Virus record (IMG/VR): IMGVR_UViG_3300012347_000007
Span: 1-35,460 of that record
DNA from: a virus
Lineage: Duplodnaviria > Caudoviricetes
Reading direction: 5' to 3' (one strand)
DNA length: 35,460 nucleotides
Shown: one piece after another, positions 1 to 10,836 of the stretch
Layout: each line of letters opens with the position of its first letter
How positions within the stretch are numbered: the stretch's first letter is position 1
The notes under the pieces: generated by a model
Seen by the model: the letters and a program-made list of their open reading frames with translations, nothing else
The model's database searches: none
What the model was told of the DNA's origin: nothing
Translations under genes and position numbers: made by a program

Positions 1-2
1 TT

Positions 3-3000
3 GGTCTAGTTTCTGGTGGAATAACTGGTGCAATTGCTGGAAACACAGAGCAGGTAAAAGCAATGGGAACAGCTGCAGCAGCAAACGTAGCAATCCAAAA
101 AATGGCTTTAGAGCAACAGCAGGAAGTCTCAGACTCGCTTGAAATGGAATACGAAAAGAGAATTGCTGCAGCAGACGCAGCAGGAGATCTTGTAGAAAAA
201 GAAAAGCTTCTAGGTCAACTTGCAACTGCAAGACTGACCATGATGAAGGAAAATGGTCAGCTTAATAAGCAAATCATGGATTCCTACAAGAATGCACAAA
301 GCGACGAGCTTAAGAGTGCACTTCAGACTGGTGCAGAAAAAGCGGTAAAGAAGAAGTATAAAGACACTGCAATGGAAGATGTAGCAGCTCTAGCACAAAC
401 TGGAATTAAAGATAGTAATGTTTCAGCTGACCAGAAGTATATGCTTACACTAGAGATGTCTACAGGAGCTATTGACCCAGCCCAAATGATAGACATTCTG
501 TCTATGTCAGAGGCTTCAAGAAACATTGTAATTGGAATAGCTACAAATTATGGTGGTGCCACTGCAAACGAGGTGTCTACGCTAACATCAATGTTCGTCG
601 ATCCAGTAACTAAGAAGCCAATTGAAAGTGTTCAGACAGACTTCTTGATGAAGATTAAGCAAGCAAAGACTCCAGAAGAGTTTAAAGACACCATGGAATT
701 TTACAAGAAGGTGTCTCAGTCTGGATCGGTTCTCAATACTGCAGTTGTAACTGACTACCTACTGAAGAATCCAAAGGTTGCAGATCGACTAGACGATATG
801 TTCGATAAGATTAGAGATACTAAGGGAGAGCTAACAGTAGATGTCCTTACCAAGGTTCTTGGTGCCAAAGAGATGGAAGCACTCAATATGGATCTCGAAT
901 ACTTTAACAAGCTAAGTAATGATGAGAGAAAAGTCTATACTCAGGTACTTGCAACCACACTAGAGACTACAAGCATCACAGATGAGAAGTTCAAGAATTG
1001 GGAAAATGGTGCTGGATCAAAGTGGAAGAATTCTCCAGACTCAGTTCGACTTGCTCAATATGGCATCTGGAATGCTCAGGCAGTTACTAACCAGACCATA
1101 GCAGATGGAAAAGTAAACGACTTTGTTAACCCAGCCCCTAGCGACACTGGATCAAAGCAGGCAAACCCACTAGACGATATTCTTAATAGACTCAAGATGA
1201 TCCGTGATGCAAGCATTAATGCTGCAGGCGGAATCAAGGAGCTTAGAAGAGTAGTTGGCAAGACTGGTGGAACCAACATAGCTTCCTTTACGGGTGTAGA
1301 ACAAAACCTAATTAAGAGAGAGAACGTATCTCAAGAGTTCCTAGACTTCTATGATAGCCTAGATGCAAAGGCAAAGAAGACATACGTGTCAATATCTGGA
1401 CGTGGGGCTAAGGCAGTTGCCAGACTGACGGCAGATGGTAAGGCAGTTCTTCGTGGTCTTCGTGAAATATCTCTTGGAGATTACCAGGTTGGCCTAGTTA
1501 AGCAGAGACAGGACCTTATCAATTCTGCAAAGGCATTTAACATGCTTAAAAATGCTGGAATGTCATCAGCTGATGCCATGGAAGTTTCTAAGGATGCAGC
1601 ACTTGCAAATGCAATCGCCACCTCAACAAACAAGCAAGAAGTTCTAGACCTAGTTGCAGCATACAACAACTTGGCAAAAGCACAAACAGCTGCAGACAAG
1701 TTCCAGAAGACATTCGATGAGGCTAATGCAGCCTGGGATGCAAAGAGAAACAAGCTAGAGCTTGAGTTTGAGATTAATACAGAGGCTTTCCAGAAGTCAG
1801 TGACTGATGCACAGAACGAGATTGCAAAGAAGACCAATGAAGCTGGTGGCCTAGATGACCTACAGGCTGGACTAACACAAATTGGCTGGGCAGAAGATCA
1901 GATCAACAAGAAGTATGACCTAAGATCAGAAGCACTGGAAAGAGTTGCCAAGGCTAACGAAAAGATTCTTGCTGCACAAAAGGGACAGCTAACTATCGCT
2001 GATGCACTATCTCGTGGTGACATCGCTGCAGCAGCTAGTGCAATCCAGGAGCAGCAAGCTAGAGGTTCTCAGGATGCTATATCGGCACAGAGAGAGCTAC
2101 TGGACGATGCTCGTAAGTCAGAGCTTGGCGGATTGACCGCTACAGTCAACGGTGCTAAGATGACCAGAAAAGACATTGAGGCTAAGATTCTAAAGCTAGA
2201 GCAAGAGATCTTTGATATTGAGGAAAAGAGACTTGAGCCAGCAAATGAGAGTATTAGGCTAAAGGAAGTTGACAAGGCGACAGCACTTAAGTCTCTAGAA
2301 CTACAAGAGCGAGAGTGGAAAATTCTGGAGAACGACATTGCTCTAGCAGCGACAGCAGCATGGGATTATGTTTCTGCACTAAAGGAGGCTCAGGGTCTTG
2401 CTGCGAAGGCAGTTATAGATGCCCAGAATGGTCCAGTCGGAAGTCCTTCAGGATTCTCTACTGTGACAGTTGACGGAGAAAAGTTTAGAACAGAGTCTGC
2501 TTCTGGTATTGTTGCCGCAAAGACCATCACTGGCTCAACTTCAGGTGGCTCCAAGCCAGCCGCCAAGCCAGTAGTTAAGCCAGTTGCACCGACTAAGCCT
2601 GCTTTGGCTGCTAACCAAACTTCTTTTGTAGATAAAAATGGAAAGACAGTTATAGCGACAACAACCACTAGACCTGGTACTGGAATTTATAACGGGTCAC
2701 AGTTCGTTCCTGCTAAAACCGACATTGTTTACACATACAAGTCTATGGGTGGAATTATTCCTCAGTACCTTGCTAATGGTGGGGCACCACTTGGAACAGA
2801 CATAGTTCCAGCAATGTTAACTCCAGGAGAGTTCGTCATGAGCAAGTATTCTGTAGATAGTTTTGGGGTAGATAAGCTAAAGGCCATAAATAACGGAACA
2901 TACTCTGGCGAATCAGTGTATAATTATGAATTGAACGTAAATGTTAGATCAGATGCAAATGCAGATGAAATTGCTAGAAGCGTAATGACACAGATCAAGC

Positions 3001-3038
3001 AGATTGATTCACAGAGACTAAGAGGAAATAGACTGTAA
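3..3038 (+). CDS. Tail tape measure protein, C-terminal part (5' end outside the window)
   Basis: Frame is open from position 3 (GLVSGGITGAIAG...), upstream of the ATG at 63. Long Ala/Lys/Glu-rich helical protein ending in a typical tape-measure C-terminal motif (GTDIVPAMLTPGEFVM...LKAINNG). Followed by tail-like genes with TAATG coupling. Confidence 0.85.
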   Translation, partial: GLVSGGITGAIAGNTEQVKAMGTAAAANVAIQKMALEQQQEVSDSLEMEYEKRIAAADAAGDLVEKEKLLGQLATARLTMMKENGQLNKQIMDSYKNAQSDELKSALQTGAEKAVKKKYKDTAMEDVAALAQTGIKDSNVSADQKYMLTLEMSTGAIDPAQMIDILSMSEASRNIVIGIATNYGGATANEVSTLTSMFVDPVTKKPIESVQTDFLMKIKQAKTPEEFKDTMEFYKKVSQSGSVLNTAVVTDYLLKNPKVADRLDDMFDKIRDTKGELTVDVLTKVLGAKEMEALNMDLEYFNKLSNDERKVYTQVLATTLETTSITDEKFKNWENGAGSKWKNSPDSVRLAQYGIWNAQAVTNQTIADGKVNDFVNPAPSDTGSKQANPLDDILNRLKMIRDASINAAGGIKELRRVVGKTGGTNIASFTGVEQNLIKRENVSQEFLDFYDSLDAKAKKTYVSISGRGAKAVARLTADGKAVLRGLREISLGDYQVGLVKQRQDLINSAKAFNMLKNAGMSSADAMEVSKDAALANAIATSTNKQEVLDLVAAYNNLAKAQTAADKFQKTFDEANAAWDAKRNKLELEFEINTEAFQKSVTDAQNEIAKKTNEAGGLDDLQAGLTQIGWAEDQINKKYDLRSEALERVAKANEKILAAQKGQLTIADALSRGDIAAAASAIQEQQARGSQDAISAQRELLDDARKSELGGLTATVNGAKMTRKDIEAKILKLEQEIFDIEEKRLEPANESIRLKEVDKATALKSLELQEREWKILENDIALAATAAWDYVSALKEAQGLAAKAVIDAQNGPVGSPSGFSTVTVDGEKFRTESASGIVAAKTITGSTSGGSKPAAKPVVKPVAPTKPALAANQTSFVDKNGKTVIATTTTRPGTGIYNGSQFVPAKTDIVYTYKSMGGIIPQYLANGGAPLGTDIVPAMLTPGEFVMSKYSVDSFGVDKLKAINNGTYSGESVYNYELNVNVRSDANADEIARSVMTQIKQIDSQRLRGNRL

Positions 3039-3712
3039 TGGCAACTTCAAGATATCTATATGGTGTAGATTCAACTACTGGTAGAAAGAAATATCAAAGA
3101 CCACAAGCTATTTTGTTTTCTGAAAATGCTGGAACTATTTCTAATGGAAACTATGTTCCATATGGATACGAGATTGGGGCAGACACATCCTCTATCGTAG
3201 GAGAGACACCAGAAAAGACCTTTCTAATTCTTTCCGACGACAACCGTAGCTCTCTAGACTTTGGCTCAATAAGAATTGAAAAGCGTGAGCGTATGGTAAA
3301 TGGTCGTATGCGTTCGTATCACATTGCTGACAAGGCAACCCTGTCTCTGAGCTGGACAATGCTTCCATCCAGATCTTTCTCAACTAATCCAGACTTTAAT
3401 CCCATAAGCGGAAGATCGTCAAACACTAATTCTGGCCAGCCAGGTTCTGCAGATACATCGTATACTACTGATGGCGGTGCAGGTGGTGCAGAGCTTTTGG
3501 ATTGGTACAATCAGCACAAGGGGTCGTTCTGGGTATTCTTGGCATACGACAACTACAAAAACTTTGGAGACTCTGATGCGGCATACAACAAGCTTGGAGT
3601 CTATAATGAAGTAGTGGAGATGTTTATCACTGACTTTAACTATTCAGTAGTAAAGCGTGGCGGAAGCAATCACGACCTTTGGGACATATCAGTATCTCTG
3701 GAAGAGGTTTAA
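3038..3712 (+). CDS. Minor tail protein (distal-tail-like position)
   Basis: 224 aa, directly after the tape measure with TAATG overlap; C-terminus WDISVSLEEV resembles distal tail proteins. Mainly a synteny call. Confidence 0.6.
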   Translation: MATSRYLYGVDSTTGRKKYQRPQAILFSENAGTISNGNYVPYGYEIGADTSSIVGETPEKTFLILSDDNRSSLDFGSIRIEKRERMVNGRMRSYHIADKATLSLSWTMLPSRSFSTNPDFNPISGRSSNTNSGQPGSADTSYTTDGGAGGAELLDWYNQHKGSFWVFLAYDNYKNFGDSDAAYNKLGVYNEVVEMFITDFNYSVVKRGGSNHDLWDISVSLEEV

Positions 3713-6700
3713 ATGTTTGTAGATGATCAATTAAAAGAGCATCTAGAGACAGAATCAGTAATAAAGTCTCAGTCTCTAATTTTAGCGGAATGGAATCTAA
3801 ACTCCTTAGAAAATGCTAAGGCTGTGGGCAACTATAGATATAGACCTACTGCAACCAGTCAAGACCGTTATAGGAATGTTACCAACAGCTTTGACGTAAA
3901 TGACGATGGCTACTTTTATACTAATGCAACCAACTCAGATATTAAAATCGATGGTGGACTAGATAATAACGAAGAGCCACTAGCCTTTCAGTCAATCCGT
4001 GAAAAGGAAAGAACTCTTTATTCGCTAGAGGAATGCATTGGAAAGTTCAGACCAAGATCTGGGATTAACAAGCTTAGATTTTTTAACAATAACTTTACAC
4101 ACCACACAAACACCAATATGGCACAAAGACCAAGGTACTACATGTCCGATCGCAATGATAGCTTTAAGTACTGGACATCTTACAGAACTGAGGACGGTGT
4201 CGAGCGAGGAATCGCAAGCCACCAGGTAAACGGTCAGTTCTATATAGACGATGCTGCCCCTTATGTGGTGTACAAGGATCAGGTTCCTGCCAACAGACTT
4301 GTCTTTAAGATGCAAACAAATGTTGGAAGTATTGACCTTGGCCCATTCTCAGATTCCTCTGGATCATTCTCAGATCCATTTTTTGGAGACGCAAATAAAA
4401 CCACTCCAGTAAAGTGGAGAGTCCAGGTGCTAAAGGGTAACAGCTGGGTAGATGCTAAGTCATTCAACCAAATGTCTACCAGACCAGATGGAACTCCAGT
4501 CGTATCTAACGATGGTTATGTAGAGCTGTCCTATGGTCTCATTATTCCAGAAAAGCATCAGGATAACTTTAAGGAAATTGCAGAGCTTCCAAACACTCTG
4601 ACCCTACCAGAAACATCATCCGATGGACATGCTTATCTTGTAAAAGACAATGACTTGAGTATTGGAACTTATTACGTTTGGAACTCTGATTCAAACAGTT
4701 TCGAATCTTTTGTTCCAACTTATGATTGGCACCTACACAATGAAGCTGTTAGTGGAACAACCAATTTTGTAACAAAGCTAGCTTCTCCAATATCATACTT
4801 AGACCCAGGAACTGGTTACTTATCATACAGAGAGTTTGAATATATTTCGGGTATTCGGGTAGTCGTTGAAACTATGAATAAGTTTGACTCAACCTTTGAC
4901 CTAATAGAAATGTCTCCAAGACTAGTTGCAGATATATCAGATATGACTAAGTCATACAGTGTAACGAAATCAGCATCAGACTTGGGCATAAGCGGTATGC
5001 CAGTCGGACAACTGTTAGCATCTACTGGAACCCTCAGCCTATTTGATCCAGACCAAGCTTTTAATCCTAATAACTCACTTAGCATTATTAGTCAGTATGC
5101 TAAGAGAAACATGCAGGTAAAGTTCTATGAGTCTATCCTAGATGTTCCTGTACAGAATGGGTCTGTTCAAACTAGTGTAGACTACTTTGTTCCAATTAAG
5201 ACACTATACTCAGATACTCTGCCTAAAGTTGATAACTCAAACAGAGCCATAGAGATAGAGCTAAGAGATATGTTCTTCTACTTCGAGTCCCTAACTGCCC
5301 CACAAATCTTTATACAGAATGCTTCAGTTAGCTACGCTGTTTCACTATTGCTAGACAGTATTGGGTTCTCAAACTATGTGTTCAAGAGAGCACCAGAAGA
5401 AAAGGACCCAGTAATTCCTAATTTCTTTGTTGGTCCAGATAAAACAGTCGCACAGGTTCTAAATGACATTGCAATTTCTACACAGACAGCCATGTTCTTT
5501 GACGAGTACAATAACTTTGTTATGATGACAAAAGGATACATCATGCCATCAGAGTCAGACAGAAACGTTGACATTGTACTCTATGGCAATGACGTAATAG
5601 TTTCTTCATCTGGAAATGAAATCTCCTACTCTGGTTCAGTCGGTCACGTTGATCAGCTGCCACCAAATAAAATGCCAGGAGGATTCTTGGTAACATCTGA
5701 GAATATGATTTATTCTTGGTCCGATACTGCGTCAGCGTGGACTGCATTTGGAAGCTTTGGCAGGGTAGTTAACTCGTCAAACATCGTTGACATATCGTCA
5801 GAAGAGAATAGCGTGTTTAATGATGGAAAGATTACATATACTACCAGATATATTCAAAGAACATATGGATCAATTAAGCAGGCATCTTTAGTAGACAGAG
5901 ACAAGGATTGGACCTATAAGCCAGTTCTGCTTTGGGAAGTGGCTGGAGAAAATAGCACCAAGTCTATTAATGATGAGCTATCTAATCAGTCATCTTACGT
6001 GCTAAGTGCTATCCCATTGAACTCAGATCTTTCAGCAGCAGTTCCTTATGTTGCCTCTGGAAAAATTCAAAATAACGTTATGGATCTTGGAGAGGGCGTA
6101 TACTGGCTAAGTCGCTACAACGGATACTTCTATTCAAACGGCGAGGTCATAAAGTTTGACGCAGTCCAGTATAACGTCCCATCAGTAACAGGCTCAGAGT
6201 CAACTGGACTTGGTTACATAGATAACAATGTTTGGATATCTAGTGTTGAGGAATACCAGAACTATTTCTCCAAGATATCTTTTAATGGAAAGATTTACCC
6301 AACGGGACTCGTGAGAATTTACACAGAGCCAAACTATAAAATTGTAAATGGTGTAACCATTCCACAGTCGATAGCAAAGCATGGTCGTGGTCAGTTTGGG
6401 ACAACTGTTGTTGCTCATAAAGCAGGCTTAGACCCATATTGGGCAGACCCTAAAAACCTAAGAGGCTGCTCAATGAAGTCATCGCACCTATTCAGCGATG
6501 AGCAAGTTCCAGCAACCACAACGGGGGCAGCTGGAGTAAATAATTTGCTAGCAGCCAAGACAACCTGTAGCGGCCTAATAAAGAATTTTATGAGCAGCTC
6601 ATACGTTAGCGAAGTCGATCTGGCTAGAAGATATTCAACTCAGTCTGGAACTATTCAGTCTTCAGCTCTGGTAATGAATGGACCATCATTTGCTACTACA

Positions 6701-8209
6701 GAAAAGCCATTGTCGAAGGACTTTATCTCCTACGTCTACAAACCTCTGACAGAAAAGTATAGACACTTCGGAACTAGAATGAGGATTATTGGCAAGATTG
6801 AGAATAACGCTAGTCGTGGCCAAACCCCTATTGGAAGTACGTCATATTACGTAGTCAATGGGTCATCTCCAGATCAGAACATTAACATTAATGCCGCTTC
6901 TGGAGGACTAGCAGTTATGCTTAACCCAGAAACAAATAATGGATACTACTTCGAGATCGCTGCCCTAACAGAAAACGATCCAGATAGCTACACAGACTCT
7001 TCTAACATTTACAACGTCATATTCTATAAGGTAAAGAAGTCCGCAGCCTCTGGGACAAAAGACTCTGACGAAGCCATCCCAGTTAGACTATGGGCTGGAC
7101 TGACACAGATTGTAGTTGACAGCGGAAAGTTTACTGGCCAGGCAAGAATGAATGCTGAAGATACCACTACTGTCTATGACTTGGCGGTAGAGTATGAGAC
7201 AATTGCTGGAACAAGAAGGTTCTTCCTGTACATCAACAACAGTCTAGTTGCTACAGTAGACGATACAGATCCACTTCCAATCTATAACAACATGGCACTT
7301 TTTGTTCGAGGATCAGCACGATGCATGTTTGAGAATATCTATGCAATTACCAATAACTATAGCAAGAATACTGGATACGTTTTAGACACCCCAGTTAATG
7401 CCATATTCCAAGACAGCGAAATAAATGTTAATGAATCATTTAGAAAGTACGCAATGAGCGGAATGGTTCAGGCAACCTACTTAGCTGGAATTAAACCTTC
7501 TGAGCCACCAGAGTACAAGATCTACTTTGAAGAGTTTGGAACAATTATGCGTGAAGCATCGTATTTCAATATTAGATATGACAAGGCATATCCAGCACTA
7601 TACGCAAAGCTTTCTCCAACTTACAACAACCTGAAGGGCTATGTTACTTCTGGTTTTATTGCAGGTGCATATGGTGCAGAGTTCCTAATATTTAATGCAA
7701 CAGATACAGTCCTAAGTTTGGATGAGTCTAGTGGAAACTATCTAAGGATTCAAGGCGTGACATTTACTCAAGCATCATCACACGACCTAACCGTCGATGA
7801 GTACTTCTTGAAAAATAGCGATATGTCAAATCCAGAACTGGTTGGAACATCTACTATTACTTCTCCACTAGTTGTGGAAAAAGAGTACAACGACATTAAG
7901 AACAGTAGATCCACCTATGGTAAAAAAGACTTTGTTTTGGATGTGCCATATGTTCAGAGCCACGACGACGCAGAAGCTCTTATGGGCTGGATCATTTCAA
8001 AGATAATGAAGCCACGAAAGGCTGTTGGAATGAAGATATTCTCAATGCCAACAATACAGTTGGGCGACATCGTAAGAATCAAGTACACAGCCAAGTCAGA
8101 CTTTGACCAGGTGTCTCCTGCAGACTCTAGATTTGTAGTTTATAGTACAGAGTTCTCAAGAGAGTCAAATGGTCCAGAAATGACAGTATATCTTAGTGAG
8201 GTAATTTAA
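3713..8209 (+). CDS. Large minor tail / baseplate hub-like protein
   Basis: 1498 aa, beta-rich (Tyr/Asn/Ser/Gly). C-terminal 'PTIQLGDIVRI' motif is typical of tail-tip/hub proteins. Located in the tail module. Confidence 0.65.
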   Translation: MFVDDQLKEHLETESVIKSQSLILAEWNLNSLENAKAVGNYRYRPTATSQDRYRNVTNSFDVNDDGYFYTNATNSDIKIDGGLDNNEEPLAFQSIREKERTLYSLEECIGKFRPRSGINKLRFFNNNFTHHTNTNMAQRPRYYMSDRNDSFKYWTSYRTEDGVERGIASHQVNGQFYIDDAAPYVVYKDQVPANRLVFKMQTNVGSIDLGPFSDSSGSFSDPFFGDANKTTPVKWRVQVLKGNSWVDAKSFNQMSTRPDGTPVVSNDGYVELSYGLIIPEKHQDNFKEIAELPNTLTLPETSSDGHAYLVKDNDLSIGTYYVWNSDSNSFESFVPTYDWHLHNEAVSGTTNFVTKLASPISYLDPGTGYLSYREFEYISGIRVVVETMNKFDSTFDLIEMSPRLVADISDMTKSYSVTKSASDLGISGMPVGQLLASTGTLSLFDPDQAFNPNNSLSIISQYAKRNMQVKFYESILDVPVQNGSVQTSVDYFVPIKTLYSDTLPKVDNSNRAIEIELRDMFFYFESLTAPQIFIQNASVSYAVSLLLDSIGFSNYVFKRAPEEKDPVIPNFFVGPDKTVAQVLNDIAISTQTAMFFDEYNNFVMMTKGYIMPSESDRNVDIVLYGNDVIVSSSGNEISYSGSVGHVDQLPPNKMPGGFLVTSENMIYSWSDTASAWTAFGSFGRVVNSSNIVDISSEENSVFNDGKITYTTRYIQRTYGSIKQASLVDRDKDWTYKPVLLWEVAGENSTKSINDELSNQSSYVLSAIPLNSDLSAAVPYVASGKIQNNVMDLGEGVYWLSRYNGYFYSNGEVIKFDAVQYNVPSVTGSESTGLGYIDNNVWISSVEEYQNYFSKISFNGKIYPTGLVRIYTEPNYKIVNGVTIPQSIAKHGRGQFGTTVVAHKAGLDPYWADPKNLRGCSMKSSHLFSDEQVPATTTGAAGVNNLLAAKTTCSGLIKNFMSSSYVSEVDLARRYSTQSGTIQSSALVMNGPSFATTEKPLSKDFISYVYKPLTEKYRHFGTRMRIIGKIENNASRGQTPIGSTSYYVVNGSSPDQNININAASGGLAVMLNPETNNGYYFEIAALTENDPDSYTDSSNIYNVIFYKVKKSAASGTKDSDEAIPVRLWAGLTQIVVDSGKFTGQARMNAEDTTTVYDLAVEYETIAGTRRFFLYINNSLVATVDDTDPLPIYNNMALFVRGSARCMFENIYAITNNYSKNTGYVLDTPVNAIFQDSEINVNESFRKYAMSGMVQATYLAGIKPSEPPEYKIYFEEFGTIMREASYFNIRYDKAYPALYAKLSPTYNNLKGYVTSGFIAGAYGAEFLIFNATDTVLSLDESSGNYLRIQGVTFTQASSHDLTVDEYFLKNSDMSNPELVGTSTITSPLVVEKEYNDIKNSRSTYGKKDFVLDVPYVQSHDDAEALMGWIISKIMKPRKAVGMKIFSMPTIQLGDIVRIKYTAKSDFDQVSPADSRFVVYSTEFSRESNGPEMTVYLSEVI

Positions 8210-8694
8210 TGGTATCTGCAACACCAAACGTGCCAGAGTCTAACAAGATATCTGCAGCAACCGCAGCAGTAAAGATTGCTAGACCAGATATCATGCTGGT
8301 AAACAATGACTCACTACCAGTAGAGCTAATGTCTGATTTGATATTCGAAGACATTGGCGGTCAAGAGATTATCAATATTGTTAGAAACGATATGGTAAAT
8401 GGTCAGAATGTAATCTATAAACCAATCAAGAATTTGTCAGACATCAACTCTCAGTATAACTCTAACAACATATTAAACCTAGAAAATACATCAGACTCTT
8501 ACTTTAAGAATTTCCCTATTAAGCTAGAGACTCATGTGCCAACGCAGGGTATAGATCTGGAGACCACAGTGCCAGTTGTATACTTAGATCCAGTAAATGG
8601 AAACTTGGTTATAAACGTAGTCAATATGGCTAGCGACGAGCAGGTAGAGGTTCAAATAATTACTAGAGGGTCATTGCTTAATGATACAATATAA
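8209..8694 (+). CDS. Putative virion structural (tail) protein
   Basis: 161 aa ORF with TAATG coupling to the previous gene; synteny only. Confidence 0.45.
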   Translation: MVSATPNVPESNKISAATAAVKIARPDIMLVNNDSLPVELMSDLIFEDIGGQEIINIVRNDMVNGQNVIYKPIKNLSDINSQYNSNNILNLENTSDSYFKNFPIKLETHVPTQGIDLETTVPVVYLDPVNGNLVINVVNMASDEQVEVQIITRGSLLNDTI

Positions 8695-8705
8695 GAAGGA
8701 TAATC

Positions 8706-9863
8706 ATGATTACTAATACTGGCAAAGACATTCTTGCAAAATACTTAATTGGTCAGGCACCAGCCTATGCCTCTTATATTGCTGTTGGCTGTGGAGCAAC
8801 TCCAATAGTTACAGATGGACCACTAGGCGATTACTCTGGTAAAAAAGAGCTAGACTTTGAGATGTTCCGTGTTCCAATTATTTCTCGTGGATATGTCAAT
8901 GAAGATGGCATATCAAAGATTGTTTTTACTGGAGAGCTTCCAACTGAAGAGCGTTACGAAATAACTGAGGTGGGAGTTTTTTCAGCAGGTGCTAATCCAA
9001 GTGCTGGACTATATGACAGCAAGATGATCTACTCCTTCACTCAAAACGAAGCTTGGGAATACCACGATCCAACTACTGCAATAGCAATACCAATTGTCTA
9101 TCAGCCACTTGATGGAACCAATGGAGATAACTCTATTCACGGTGAGGTCATTGGAGATCCAGTATACGGCAAGCCAGTATTCCAGACAAACGCAGATAAT
9201 AGAATTTTTACCGATAGTTCTAGAATAGCGAGATACGAGTCTTGCAGATTTCTTAATAACGTTATAGCAATGTCTGGCACATCATCTACGCTTAATGTAG
9301 TCGATAATCATTTGCAGCCAGCTGTAGGCTCAAGCCACATACACTTAACTGGAATAAATATTGATCTAAATAAAAACTCTCCAACTGATCAGCTAAAGTT
9401 TGCTTTCTCTGTAGTGAGCAAGGATGCTGACGGAACAGCCCCAGACTCAGTTAGAATTCTTTTGGAGTTCTCTTCGTCAGATGTTCACAATGATGCAAAT
9501 GGGCAGTACGCAAGATTTGAAGTAGACTTAGACAATGGAACTGGCACAGGAGAGCATGACTTTAGCGAGAGTAGATATGTCGTAGTCTCTAAAGACATTA
9601 AAGATCTTTATAAGAGTGCAGGATTTACTTGGAATACCGTAGACGTAATAAAGGTTTACGCATCAGTAATTAAGAATGGCACTCCATCAGAGGACTTCTA
9701 CTTATTCTTAGATGCACTAAGACTAGATAATAAGTCAACAGTTAACCCACTATACGGTCTGACTGGATATTCTGTAATTAGAAATACTGATGCTAAGACA
9801 GTCACAAAGCTGTCTAACACTACTAACTTTATTGAGTTCAGGTTTGCCATAGGTGTTGAATAA
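8706..9863 (+). CDS. Minor tail / tail-collar-like protein
   Basis: 385 aa. N-terminus MITNTGK...YIAVGCG...LDFEMFR...ITEVGVF resembles tail-collar/fibre-attachment domains. SD-like AAGGA upstream. Confidence 0.55.
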   Translation: MITNTGKDILAKYLIGQAPAYASYIAVGCGATPIVTDGPLGDYSGKKELDFEMFRVPIISRGYVNEDGISKIVFTGELPTEERYEITEVGVFSAGANPSAGLYDSKMIYSFTQNEAWEYHDPTTAIAIPIVYQPLDGTNGDNSIHGEVIGDPVYGKPVFQTNADNRIFTDSSRIARYESCRFLNNVIAMSGTSSTLNVVDNHLQPAVGSSHIHLTGINIDLNKNSPTDQLKFAFSVVSKDADGTAPDSVRILLEFSSSDVHNDANGQYARFEVDLDNGTGTGEHDFSESRYVVVSKDIKDLYKSAGFTWNTVDVIKVYASVIKNGTPSEDFYLFLDALRLDNKSTVNPLYGLTGYSVIRNTDAKTVTKLSNTTNFIEFRFAIGVE

Positions 9864-10366
9864 TGGCAGATAGCGTAGTCAAGAAGGTTACAATACTCAA
9901 CGAAGATCTGCCAATCATTAACTCAGATATTGGTGGGTATGGAGTTAGATACAGGATAGTATCAGAAGACAGAAACCGAGTGTCCCACTGGTCACCAACA
10001 TACTTTATAGATGCAGGATATACCTACGTCAATGGCAATATATCTGATCCAGCTAAGTCTGGCACCGTTCTTTCAGTAGTCTGGGATAAGGTAGAGATTA
10101 AAAAAGACGGCAATTCAATTGGTAAAATACGTGACTATGAGGTGTGGGTAAGATGGGACAAGGCCGATGGTGGAGACTGGATATATGACGGCAAAGCCCA
10201 GACAAATTCAGCAACATTTGTAATTCCGACAACCTACTCTAAGGCTGGGGTAGATCAGGCTACTGCACCAAATAGGTTTTCTATAGAGGTTTACCTAGAA
10301 AGTACTCCAGTTGCAAGAAGTAGCGGAACCCTTCTAAGATACAGCGTAACTAACCACACGCTTTAA
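9863..10366 (+). CDS. Putative tail protein with a beta-sandwich (FN3-like) region
   Basis: 167 aa; pattern LSVVWD...DYEVW...W suggests FN3-like strands; TAATG coupling. Confidence 0.4.
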   Translation: MADSVVKKVTILNEDLPIINSDIGGYGVRYRIVSEDRNRVSHWSPTYFIDAGYTYVNGNISDPAKSGTVLSVVWDKVEIKKDGNSIGKIRDYEVWVRWDKADGGDWIYDGKAQTNSATFVIPTTYSKAGVDQATAPNRFSIEVYLESTPVARSSGTLLRYSVTNHTL

Positions 10367-10375
10367 TGGTATAAT
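10367..10375 (+). promoter_or_regulatory. Extended -10 promoter, probable leaderless transcript
   Basis: TGG-TATAAT (10367-10375), 5 nt before the ATG at 10381; no SD. Confidence 0.6.
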
Positions 10376-10380
10376 AAACT

Positions 10381-10827
10381 ATGGCTAAAATTCCACTACC
10401 ACAACGAGGGCAACCTATAGACTTGACATATCTGTCAGATATAGCTAATGCAGTAAATAATCTATCATCTCAGGTTTCTCCATCATCCTATAAGTACGTA
10501 ACAATTGATACAGATGGATCTAAGCAAAGTGTAAAGGCTTCCGAGGCTAGAATTATTGCTGGGTACGTGACTGTTAAGTCTGGAGCAACAGTTAGCACTG
10601 GAACTGAAGAGTCATTCTCATACTCGTTTACTGGTGGAGAATTTAAGTATGTTCCAATCGTAACTGCTACACCAGTAATCGTGGGTAATGCCACAGAAGC
10701 TGGAAAGAATGTTACCGTAGTTATTAAGAATGTAACCACTTCAAAAGTAGATGGAATTGTTAAGTTCAATTCATCTGGTGACCTGTCCCTTGCCGTAAAC
10801 CTAGTCATCATAGGTATCCCAAACTAA
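10381..10827 (+). CDS. Putative tail fibre/spike-associated small protein
   Basis: 148 aa; C-terminal FKYVPIVTATP...VNLVIIG resembles trimeric tail-fibre tip/H-lectin-like domains. Confidence 0.45.
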   Translation: MAKIPLPQRGQPIDLTYLSDIANAVNNLSSQVSPSSYKYVTIDTDGSKQSVKASEARIIAGYVTVKSGATVSTGTEESFSYSFTGGEFKYVPIVTATPVIVGNATEAGKNVTVVIKNVTTSKVDGIVKFNSSGDLSLAVNLVIIGIPN

Positions 10828-10836
10828 GGATCTTTA